Source: Eledone cirrhosa
Taxonomy: Eukaryota
Assembly: GCA_964016885.1 (NCBI GenBank)
Contig: OZ024745.1
Span: forward strand, 67,828,001-67,892,000
Length of the DNA stretch: 64,000 bases
Reading direction: 5' to 3'
The stretch's first letter is position 1, and every line of letters starts with the position of its first letter. Positions 53,290 through 64,000 of the stretch are shown in pieces. A program made the position numbers and the translations under genes. The notes under the pieces are model-generated. The model searched no databases and was not told the origin of the DNA. It saw only the letters and a list, made by a program, of their open reading frames with translations.

Positions 53290-53768
53290 TTTTCTTCACC
53301 GCCATCGTTTTTACACGTTTTTCCACACTTGCATGGGTTGGACGCGTCCTCAGCACGGTATCTCTCCACTTGTGTTCCTTCGTCATCTCCGGTCAGCTTT
53401 CACAACCTTTGCCCAGGTCTTTCTATGGTTTCCTTCCACTGGGATTTCTTCACCCACTGGTCATCATCCATGCACATCACATGTCTATACCAATACAGTC
53501 TTCTCTTCTGCATACTACCTCAGATTCCTCTTAAACCCAGGTTCTCCCTCAGCTCATTCAAGCTCTGCCTTTCTCTCACATTTACATTGTACATCCAATG
53601 AAGCGTGGCAGCTTCATTTCTCTCCAGTCTTCACATGTCCTCTGCAGTCACAGTCTATGTTTCACTACCATGCAGAATCACACTTCGCATACAGGCGTCA
53701 TACAGTTGTCTTTTTGTACATAGAGAGAAACCTTTTGTTGTCAACAGTGGGAGTAGCTGTCTAAACTT
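53290..53768 (-). mobile_element. RTE-clade LINE fragment, same family as 21659-22140
   Basis: Nucleotide similarity to 21670-22140, with deletions and stops. Confidence 0.75.
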
Positions 53769-54275
53769 CTTTTACATATTGAGCAGGGCCATTTCCCAGA
53801 AGGAATCAGTGTCCTATCTTCTTTCCTACTCACCAACACTTAAGTTTTGGCTAAGTTTACTCTCTGATCTTTTGATTGTTGCAATGTAACAGATAGATTA
53901 AGATAAGTTAAACTCTATAGATAGAGCCAGTATCTATGCTACTATATTAACTTGTATCTATGCTACTATATTAACTTGTATCTATGCTACTATATTATTG
54001 GTACTAGGTTCCAGTGGAGTGAAACACCAAGTTGATTTTGGTAAGATTTAAAACTGGAAATTATAGAGTGTATGAATAAACATAGTGTATATACATGTAT
54101 TTTATATAATGTTTTGAGCTGCAGCTCTTCTGGAGCAGTCTAAGCATGTACAGGTATTTAAAATGTTACATGTATAATCTGCTTGAGACTGCCTTGGGTT
54201 TATGACATAATTCTTGTTTTTAAGTGTTTATATTTAGCTCTTAATAAAGTGCACCACATGAAATTGTATAAGCAA

Positions 54276-54619
54276 GGCACATGGCTTAGTGGTTGGAGCA
54301 TTGGCCTTGCAATCGAAAGGTTGTGAGTTCAATTCTCAGATCGGGTGATGTGTTGTTTCCTTGAGCAAGACACTTTATTTCACATTGCTCCAGTTTACTC
54401 AGCTGTAGAAATGAGATGATAGGACTGAGGTCCCTATCATTCCACTGCAAAGTGGTCTTGGAGGTGCCACGGCAAAAAAGCACCCAGCACTCACTGTAAA
54501 TGAGGTTGGTGTTAGGAAGGGCATCCAGCTGTAGAAATCAAGCCAGAATCAGTTCCCGTCCCACCCTTGCAAGCTGGGAAAAAGCAGACGTAAAATGAAA
54601 TGAAATGAAATGAAATGAA
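54276..54619 (+). mobile_element. Composite tRNA-headed SINE with RTE-like tail; near-identical inverted copy at 22767-23135
   Basis: A box TGGCTTAGTGG, B box GTTCAATTCT, central CCTTGAGCAAGACACTT, RTE-like 3' end and (AAATG)n tail. Confidence 0.8.
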
Positions 54620-55263
54620 GACATTCTTGAAAAGTATAAAACATGTAGATTGCATTGTGAGATCAAATTCTGTTGATGGTCAGCGTTAATTCTCTAACCA
54701 TGGCAACAGAACTGATCACGAAATGGGTGGAGGAGGAGGATTGTGACTCTCTGCTACTGTAGACAGATGATAATTGTTTCTACTTTTTGGCACAAAGCCA
54801 GCACATACCCAGTGCATTACTGGTACTTTATTTTATCGACCCATAAGGGTCAATGATAATGACAGGAATTAAAGATTACTTTTATTTCAGAGCTGTTGAT
54901 TAAATGAACTTAACTTGTTGATCTGAAATAGTATTTTTTCTTTTAATGTGGTCATTGATTCCTAAAGTGGGTGCAACTGCCCACTTAGTGGCATTGGGGC
55001 ACTGGAAGGCAATGGGATGATTGAGTGGTTGTTGGAAAGGAAAGAAAAGAGCAAAGAATACAAATTAATAGTAGTTTGTAGAACTGTCAGCTTTAGTTAT
55101 TTAATAAATGTTTCAATAACAACAAAAAAAAATAAGACTTAATTTTCAATGTATAGTTTTTAATTAATTATAATGGGGAGTGTTGATGGAATATACTTTC
55201 TGAAAAAGGGAATCTTTGATTTGGTAAATAATCATGTCTTTCTTTTAATATTTTGCTATATAG

Positions 55264-55327
55264 ATGTATCCTTATGCTGAATTAATCGTTTGTGGATGAA
55301 AATTAGCAAGGTATCCACAGGTCCAAG
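55264..55327 (+). CDS. SELENOF: Selenoprotein F exon 3 with in-frame TGA selenocysteine codon (55297-55299)
   Basis: AG acceptor at 55262-55263. Translation MYPYAELIVCG(U)KLARYPQVQ matches the Sep15 VCGUKLxRxPQVQ motif. GT donor at 55328, phase 1. Confidence 0.96.
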
Positions 55328-58138
55328 GTAGGAAGAACTAAAAACTTTTCTTATTGTTTTAAAGATATTTTCTATTATGAGATTGTGTTGTTCAGTGGTG
55401 TGTTGCAAAAAGAATGTTAGTGTAAGCAAATGGAATGTTTGTTTATTTCAGGGACAGTAGCCTCACACAGTGATACCATCACTTTCAAATGATATGTTGT
55501 GTATTTGAAGGACAATAGCCTCACACAGTGATACCATATCTTTGAGGGACAGTAGCCTCATAATAATACCATCTTTTTTAACTGGTATCTTTTGTATTTG
55601 AAGGACAGTAACCTCATAATGTGATACCATTTCTTTCAAATGGAATGTTGTATATTTGCCATGTAGCATTGCAGTTCACACACAGGCATCATACAGTCAG
55701 CCTTTCACTCTGAGAGAGAAGCTGTTAGTTGTTAGCAGTGGTATTAGTTCCCTAAACTCCTTTCAGTCCTTTCTTATTTTGGTTGCTGCACTTTCACAGT
55801 AATCTACATCACTGTTGATTAGGTCATATCCATAATAAAAGTTGTTCACAACTTCTAGGGGACCTCTGAGGGAGTTAAGGGATTTCTACTTTACATCTGC
55901 CACTTACAAAGATTATCCCTATGTTAATTTTCCTGTAATCCCACTACATCTCTTGTACATCCATAGATTATATTGTGTACACCTAATGGAGTTTCTGACC
56001 ACCTCTTTTCGACATATCAAACAAGGCCACTTCCTAGATGGTATAAGAGTCCTATTTTCTTTTCTATTCCATTAAGACTTTTCTTTTCAAGTCAAGATTT
56101 TTCTTCCAGGTTTGAAATTTTGTCTCTAACTCTTCCACAGATTCAGTAATTGTGAAAATTAGAGGGAACATTGGTTGTGTCCCTTCCATGTTAAATATAT
56201 GGGTATATCTAATTGATGACTTTAAATTAGAACTCTAGAACTTGCCAAATAATCTGTAAGAATGGTAATTATTACACACTGATTTATTAGGACTAGTGTT
56301 TCAGCCACTCTACCCTTCAGCTTTCTTCAAACATCTGTTGCATTTGGTAATGTTCTTGAAATTTTGAATCAAACCATTATTCAAACTAAAGAGATAGATT
56401 ATTCTTAACTCCATTGTCCATGCCTAGGATATCCTTGTATTAGTTAAATAGTTATATATGATGTTGCTTACATATTCAATTTAATCTGTATTATGTATAG
56501 ATACACTAACACTGGGATTGAATTCATAGCGAACAGGTTGATTAACCCACTTAATACTTAACCTACAGATCAATAGCATAGTCAATATGCTGTATATACT
56601 CGAATATAAGCAGCCACCTATTTCATGTCTGAGAAATGAGCAAAAATCTAAAACCTGTGTATAAGCTAAGGCAGCTAATATCACAGCTTTTGAAATTCTC
56701 ATGAGTGGAGAATATATTTATGAATTTTTAATATTTGGATATTTAAAATCTTTTGTGTTGTTTCACAACTTCATTATTTATCGATTTTTTTTTTTACCAA
56801 TTTCTGACCAAAATCCATCAAAAACTAATTTCCCACGAAAAGTGAAACCAGTGTAATATTGACCTTGAATATATACTGACCCTAATTAAATATGAGGTTA
56901 GTCTTGGAATGGACAATGGAATGAAAACAATCTACCTATGTGGTTTGAATAAAGGTTTTAGTTCATAATTTTGGGAATATTTCTGAATTCAACAACTGAA
57001 ACTTGATTATAGCAACCAAGATGAGGACACAAATACAAAAAGATCAATATATATCAATGATAATTCTTTATCTTTGAGATTCCGACAAAAACAAAAAATC
57101 TTCCATCAGAAAATAACATTAAATCTCCTTTATAAACTATAGATTAACTGAAGTTATTTACAAGAACAGTAACATTGTTTATACAAAGATTTCATGATTT
57201 ATATTAGGTTTCTCAAAATTTGGCTAAAAAAGATTGCTCCATGATTAAGAAGTTTGCTTCTCAATTATTAGGTTTCAGGTTCAACCCTAACCCAAAACTT
57301 GTGAGTGAAATTTGGTAGGCAGAAACTGTTTAGAAGCCTGTTGAATGGATTGTATCTGTAATATAAAGGGCTAGCCTTGTCACACACTCATGCTGAATTT
57401 CTTTGAGAATTGCATGTGTCTGTGAAATAACCAACCACTTACGTGTCAATTTAACTTGCAGTACGCTCCATTGATTGAATAACTAGAACATTAAACATGG
57501 AAACCAACAGATGGCTATTTAATCTTAAAATCTGTATTACAATATTTCACGAGGACTGAACAATAATTATTTCAACAAATTCATTATTCAACATAAGAAG
57601 TATTTTAAGGACATTTCCTCTTCTAAAGCAGGGGTTAGACTCGTTGGTTCCATGACATTCTTCATACTTCTGAGGCAATGTTTTACAGTCAGATTCCCTT
57701 TTAGAACACACAGGGATATGGTGTACTTATTCTAGCCAAGTATACACTGCATACTAGATATATAAATCTTCCATTCAAAATATATACACCTTGTTTAACA
57801 TACATGTTCCCTGGTAGCAAGAATTGGATGGATTCTCACAGATGAAAGTTAGTATTTAATCAGAGCTAGTGACCTCTCATAGGAGCTGCGAGTTGCATCT
57901 TACTTATATACGTTCTCACTCATTACAGAGTGTACTGGGTGCATTTTATTGTGGCACCAGCACTAGAGTTAAATAATTTTAGATAAATATAAACACCTTG
58001 AAATAAACATTGTATTGTAGAACCATGGGAAACTTTGGGTGGTTTGATATCAAAATTGTTATTAATTAATGAATTAAAGATGTTTTGTTTTAATTTTTTT
58101 TACAGAAAATTATCGAAACCTTTTATTTCTCATTTCAG

Positions 58139-58317
58139 CTTTTGTAAGAAGCAGTCGGCCACAACAATTTCAGGGTCTTAAAATTAAGTACACACGTGGT
58201 GCTGATCCGGCTATCAATTTGTTAAATGAGAACAAAGAAATAGTTGAGACCCTAGGAATTGAGAAGTGGAACACCGATTCTGTGGAGGCCTTCTTTCATG
58301 AACGATTAATGAAATAG
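58139..58317 (+). CDS. SELENOF: Selenoprotein F last coding exon (Sep15/SelM thioredoxin-like domain)
   Basis: Acceptor ttttatttctcatttcag, phase 1. Translation AFVRSSRPQQFQGLKIKYTRGADPAINLLNENKEIVETLGIEKWNTDSVEAFFHERLMK, then TAG stop. Confidence 0.96.
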
Positions 58318-59137
58318 AAAAATCCTTCTCTTCACCAGCTCTGATATTCAAAGTAGCTAATGTTGTTGACTTGTTCGGTAATGTCAAAGATTATCACCAT
58401 CTGCATACACTGTATATACTTGTGTTTAAGTCGCGTTTTTTTCCAAGAAAGAATAATAATATCTTAAAGAAGATGCGTCACATTCATTCACCTTTGGTGT
58501 ATATAACCTTGGCCAAGAGGAGTTCATATCATCAGTTAGTGTCCAATGTTCATTGGTTGATTCACTACTGTTGGTCTGTCGGCAATGGTAGCCAAACCAT
58601 TGCTAATCTTCTCTTTTTGGCTTATCCCTTCTCTCCTGCTCTATAGCCAATAAGAGGCTGTTTTTGCAGCCTCCCCTATCTTGTGAGCTGCTGACTTCTC
58701 TCTTACTTCCATTTCAATGACTGAACATTCCCCATATCAATTGAGTTAGGAATTGTCTACAGTTCACCTTAACTGGAAATAGCTATACCTGCCATCCTTT
58801 CTCCCAGCACTTCATATTATATGATGTGAAAAGCCAGCATACAACTTATCTACCATTTTAAGCTAGGGTTAGACTTCCTGGTTCCATGACATGTTTCATA
58901 TCTATCATAGGTTCTATTCTGAAACAATGATTTACAGTCAGATGCCCTTTCTGATCCAAATCTTTTAGACTCCTTTTATGACATACATGGCAAAGCCTCC
59001 ATTCAAAATATATAGTGAATTGTAAAAGTTGTATGAAAAATAGAGGTGTAACTTATCTACTTGTGTGACATATACATATGTATATACAGTAGTTAATGTA
59101 GTTGGCTGGTCATAGTACGTTAGCATTTAGTAAATGA

Positions 59138-59203
59138 TTTCTCTCTATGAAAATCTTACTAAAAACGTTATAAAGATTGTAAGATTGGATGTAAATTGAG
59201 AAA
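59138..59203 (+). promoter_or_regulatory. Candidate eukaryotic SECIS element in the SELENOF 3' UTR
   Basis: ATGAA core (59147-59151) with GGAT partner (59187-59190). Helix II AATCTTAC/GTAAGATT is a perfect 8 bp. Apical A run at 59161-59165. Helix I TTTCTC/GAGAAA. Confidence 0.75.
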
Positions 59204-59399
59204 ACAATTACTTGAATTTCAGAGCTGCTCTCTTTTTTTAATAACTTTTTTCGAAAAACGAAAAAGACCCTCATTTTAGGTATGACACATCACAAAACAA
59301 AATATTTCCTTTATTTTTCATCATGAATTTTTTTTCTATTTCTGATAGATCTTCATGATACATAACTTTCTATATTTATTTTGTTTCGTAAGGAATATT

Positions 59400-59405
59400 A
59401 ATAAA
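59400..59405 (+). terminator. Probable polyadenylation signal of SELENOF
   Basis: AATAAA about 200 nt after the SECIS candidate, followed by a GT/T-rich tract. Confidence 0.55.
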
Positions 59406-59794
59406 ATTTATTACACAATTTTGTGAGTTTGTTAAATTTTTTTGTTCAAGATTTACTTGTAATTGTACTTATATGAGTTTAGCCAGTTCTAACTAGTTCA
59501 TCCACAATATCGTGAACAAAGGCTACCCATGAACACTGATTGATCACAGATGTCTGAGGCAGATACTGTCAGCCAGTAATGATTCCAATGTTCGATCCCA
59601 TATATGCAAGGACCAGGTATTAAATCAAGATCTCACTGTAATCATCATCATCATCATCATCATCATTTAATGCCCATTTGAGGCAAGATGGGTCCAATCC
59701 ATATAATCAGCTGTCCACCCAGCCATGTACAGTATCGAGGTAGGGGCTCTGGTGCAACTGAATTGTTAGCAAATTCATTCACAATTTCAGTGAT

Positions 59795-60310
59795 GGACAT
59801 GTGATGCATATGAAGGATGACAACTGCATAAAAAGGTGCAGAGCACTAAAAGTCGATGGAAGCCTTGGAGTGGGGAGACCCAAGAAGACATGGACTGAAG
59901 TGATAAAAGCTGACCTTGTCTAATTGCACCTCTCAAGGTGATGACACAAGACCGAGACCTCTGGCGTTATGCAGTAATACAGAAGACCCGACTTCCCATG
60001 GGTACAAGCCGAAGCTGAAGCATATAGACAATATGTCCCTCCCACTGTAAAGTGGTCATGTAGGTGTCATGACAAAAAAGCACCCAGTCCACACTGTAAA
60101 GTCGTCGTGTAGGCACCATGGTAAAATAGCATCCAGTACTCAATGTAAATGAGGTTGGTGTTAGGAAGTGTGTCCAGCTGTAGAAATGAGCCAAAATCAG
60201 TTCTCGTATGAGCAAGACATGGTCACCTGACTTGGCATTGCCCACAACAGGACAACCTGTCTAACCCATGCTAGCATGGAAGAATGGACGTAAAACAATG
60301 ACGATGATGA
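59795..60310 (+). mobile_element. RTE LINE fragment joined to an RTE-tailed SINE
   Basis: GRPKKTW-type remnant followed by the repeat also seen at 50745-51110, ending in a (GAT)n tail. Confidence 0.65.
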
Positions 60311-61557
60311 ATGCAAGATTAAACCAATAGAGGTGCATTTTGAGCAAGAGTTTTGGAAGGAATTGATTCTGCAGTGATAAAGAATTTCAGAGTTTGACAC
60401 AAAATACAATGCATGAACATAGGAGATTTTGGTGATAGCAAAAGTGGTTGAATACCTACAACTTGCATAAGTCCATTACTTTCATTGACCTTGCCTCACA
60501 GTTATATAGAAGGGTGGTGTAAATGAATGCTCAGTAAAAGCACATTTTTGCGACCAGATGGATCTACTCCATATATCTATCTAGCCTTAATAATTGTTTC
60601 TCCGTTAGGCACAAGGCCAGCAATTACCCAGTGTATTACTGGTACTTTATTCCATATATCTATCTAGCCTTAATAATTCAACTACTCTATATTCCTAAAT
60701 AAAAAGAAAATTAATAAATAATTAGAATATTCATTACATCTTTATGGTATTAAGTTACATTGCACATTAATTGTATTTTCTGGTTATCTTCAGGTGTCAC
60801 ATTTTTAGTAATATGTTGAGTCAGATACAGCAGATCAACCCTTACAAAATTATCACCATCACCATCATCATCTTTGTCATTACGATCACCATCACTCATC
60901 ATCATTGGCATCATCATCAATATCATTACCATCATCAATATCACCATCAAGTAAGTAAGGCATCTTAAATAATCTTGTCTGCACTGAGTGCATGTGTTAT
61001 GTGGGCTCAGATACAAACAGAGACCTAACAGCTCTCAGCAGCTTGTGAATGAGAGAGTCATCTCCATTTGACTGAAGTGGCAGATAGCCATAATCCTCCT
61101 CCATCCATTAATTATGATCCTGTGGTTGGTTAGCTTTGAATCTCTAGGTGGAATTTGATTTTTGGAACACAATCAGAACAAATACTGCAGGGTATCTGGT
61201 CTGGTACTAACAATTCTGCCAATTCACTACCCTGGATTCATATTTTATTTAAAAATCCCATATGAATGAAAAGTAAAGTTGATCTCAATAGTTTTTGAAG
61301 TCAGATTGCAGAGCCAAAACACATACTACAAGGTATTCCATTTGACACCCTTCTGCCAATTTACTGCCTGTGAGGAATAGCAAAAAGAAAGTGGAGGTGG
61401 GCACGGTTGGCAGGACATTTAGTCAGAACAGAAGATAATAGAGTGATTTCTATGAGGGGTAGAGCAGGAGGTATAGAGGAGGAGATGGATGGATGACATT
61501 GAAGAATGATGGTGGTTGGCAGGACATTCAGCCAGAACAGAGGATAATAGATGGTTT

Positions 61558-61828
61558 TGTAGCGCTCTCTAGACAGGAAGTAGCTGGAGTTACTTCCCGT
61601 TGAGGTTGCAGAACCTTCTTTGTGACTTCTGTCCAGGGAACTATAAAAGGAGAGAGCTGAAAGCTATCTCCCTCTCTTTTCACATTTTGGCTGCTGGCCT
61701 TCGGCCAGGCACGTTCCGCCGAAGGTATACTCTCTCGGATTCTGACTGCAAAAAGGTAAACAACTTTCTTTCGTCGTGAAATCACTAGCCAACATGTAAC
61801 ACAACAACTTAACCACGACCTGGCAACA
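61558..61828 (+). mobile_element. Possible solo LTR
   Basis: TG...CA termini with imperfect IR TGTAGC/GCAACA, internal TATAAAAGG, and higher GC than the flanks. No clear TSD. Confidence 0.35.
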
Positions 61829-62768
61829 CTTCAGCCAGTGGACCGTGTCTTCTGAAATCCTTAATTCATTGTTTCATCTCTCTTGGCATGTCAGCTATTC
61901 AGCTCTACTCAGCTCAATCTTCGTAAATAAATATTGTACATACAACCCAGTGTCCTGTTATAGTTTTAAAAAACCATGGAGTGGATTTCATAAAAGACAC
62001 AGTGAAGGAGATGCAGATAGTAGAGATTGAAGAATACATGGTGATCAAAGGACAAGTTTGGACCAGTTTGGACAAGAATTGCAATGGACAGTATGGAATG
62101 GAAGGATATGTCAAGTAATAGACTGATATATCCTAAAGGAGTAGAAACATTTTTCTTGCCTTTCCATGATATCATCACCATGTTCCCACAACTGGTGCTG
62201 CCAGCTGTTGGGGTGCCACTCTAAACACTTTCGCAGTCAGCTGTCAGCACAGGTCTCTATTCTCCATCTAGTGTTGAAGAGTTTTGGTGTTGTGACCAGT
62301 CCAGTGTTTGGTGTAGTCTGGTCTCAAATACCACAGTACTGTGAGATATTAAAAAAAAAATTTAAGCCTCACTATCATCATCATCATCATCATCAACGTT
62401 TAACGTCCGTGTTCCACGCTTGCATGGGTTTGGACGGGGGTATTCCCACTTGAGGCAAGAGTGATTGTCTTGCTCGCATAGGACTGTCTGGCAGGTTTTC
62501 TACAGTTGGTTGCCCTTCCTAACACCAACCACATTTACAGTGTGGGACTGGGAGGTTTTTACCGTGTTGCCTACACGGCCATATTACAGCGTGGACTGTG
62601 TGTTTTTTTGTCGTGACACCTACACGATCTCATTTGTTTCGGCCTGGATGTTGTGGCACCAACATAACTTTACATAGGAGGGGGTGGTGTGGATGGGGGT
62701 GTGGGTGGTGGGACGGGGGTGTATTTTGTTAGAGATGCCTACTGGCTGTAGTAGGTTTTACTATGTAT

Positions 62769-62960
62769 TTAGGTAAGGCGGGTCTTCTCTATTACTGAGT
62801 ACCGCCAAAGGTCTCGGTCCAGTGACATTGTCTTGAAGAGGTGTAAGTGTGTGAGGTCGGAGTTTATCAGCTCGTCCCAGGATTTTCTAGGTCTGCCTAT
62901 TCCGTGGCTACCGTCTATCTTTATTGCCCTGCACTTTGTTATACAGCTATCGACTTTCAT
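62769..62960 (-). mobile_element. RTE LINE 3' fragment
   Basis: Translation KCRAIKIDGSHGIGRPRKSWDELINSDL...DRDLWR. Confidence 0.7.
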
Positions 62961-63097
62961 GCGCAATATTATATTTGTTCTAAGTAATATATATTGTAAT
63001 TACATCGGGCAGAGTCATTTTAGCCATTGAAAACACACAAAAACTGTTAACTTCACTTTACATTTATCATCTATTTCTTGATGAATATTTTTGAGAT

Positions 63098-63585
63098 GTA
63101 GTGGAACTGTGTGTGACTAGGTCATTAGCAGTGGAACTGTGTGAGTGACCAGGTCATTAGCAATAGAATTGTGTGAGTGACCAGGTCATTAGCAATGGAA
63201 TTGTGTGAGTGACCAGGTCATTAGCAATGGAATTGTGTGAGTGACCAGGTCATTAGCAATAGAATTGTGTGAGTGACCAGGTCATTAACAATGGAATTGT
63301 GTGTGACCAGGTCATTAGCAGTGGAACTGTGTGAATGACCAGGTCGTTAGCAGTAAAACTGTGAGTGACCAGGTCATTAGCAATGGAATTGTGTGTGTGA
63401 CCTGGTCGTTAGCAGTAGAACTGTGAGTGACCAGGTCGTTAGCAGTGGAACTGTGAGTGACCAGGTCGTTAACAGTGGAACTGTGACTAACCAGGTCGTT
63501 AGCAGTAGAACTGTGTGAGTGACCAGGTCGTAAACAGTAGAACTGTGTGAGTGACCAGGTCGTAAACAGTAGAACTGTGTGACCA
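63098..63585. repeat. Minisatellite, ~30-32-bp unit (AGCAGTGGAACTGTGTGAGTGACCAGGTCATT), about 15 copies
   Basis: Directly visible head-to-tail repeats with no unique spacers. Confidence 0.95.
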
Positions 63586-64000
63586 AGTCAGTGTTAGCAG
63601 TGTGATAAAAATGTTAACACCAACTAATACATGATATATATATAAGTGAACTTTGCCTTTCATCCTCTTGGGGTCGATAAAATAAAGTACCAGTCACGCA
63701 CTGGGGTCGATTTAATTAACTTTCCCCTCCATCAAAATCACTGGCCTTGTGCCTATATAAGAAATCGATATATATATAAAGTGAACTTAACAGTTTTTGT
63801 GGGAATTACTAAAATGACACTGCCGTGATGTAATTGTTATAGTTTTAACACAGTCATAGATCAAGTCACTTGCTAGACAAGTTAAACTTTGACACACACA
63901 CACACACATATATATATATACACAAAGAAGTAACGAAGTTTTGTTTAGATCAAGTCCCTTGCTAGACAAATTAAACTTCGACGTACACACACATATATAT

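Noticed and set aside
58886-58935. Alternative SECIS candidate ATGAC..TGTTTCA/TGAAACA..TGAT
   Set aside because: It has no apical AA at the expected distance, and the sequence belongs to a repeat also found in the intron at about 57630-57700.
60750-61016. His/Asp/Met-rich ORFs
   Set aside because: They come from a degenerate (CAT)n microsatellite.
63098-63585. CRISPR-like array
   Set aside because: Repeats are head-to-tail without unique spacers, there are no cas genes, and the context is eukaryotic.

Overview
This is AT-rich eukaryotic genomic DNA full of (TA)n/(CAT)n microsatellites. Its SINE/LINE repertoire resembles an octopus (coleoid cephalopod) genome, which is an inference. One protein-coding gene is well supported: a four-exon selenoprotein F (SELENOF/Sep15) on the + strand (37727-58317, about 153 aa). 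It has an in-frame TGA (Sec) in a C-G-U motif at 55297-55299 and a candidate SECIS at about 59138-59203; the ORF track breaks this gene up. The rest is mostly transposon debris: two internally deleted mariner elements (one closely resembling Hsmar2), a Helitron remnant, two CRE-clade endonuclease fragments, RTE and CR1 LINE 3' ends, hAT and piggyBac-type MITEs, tRNA-derived SINEs and a 32-bp minisatellite. The most notable non-coding signal is a set of type I hammerhead ribozyme motifs in short Penelope-like/retrozyme-like repeats. One looks intact (29803-29867, - strand), and one has an unusually long stem II (22655-22740).
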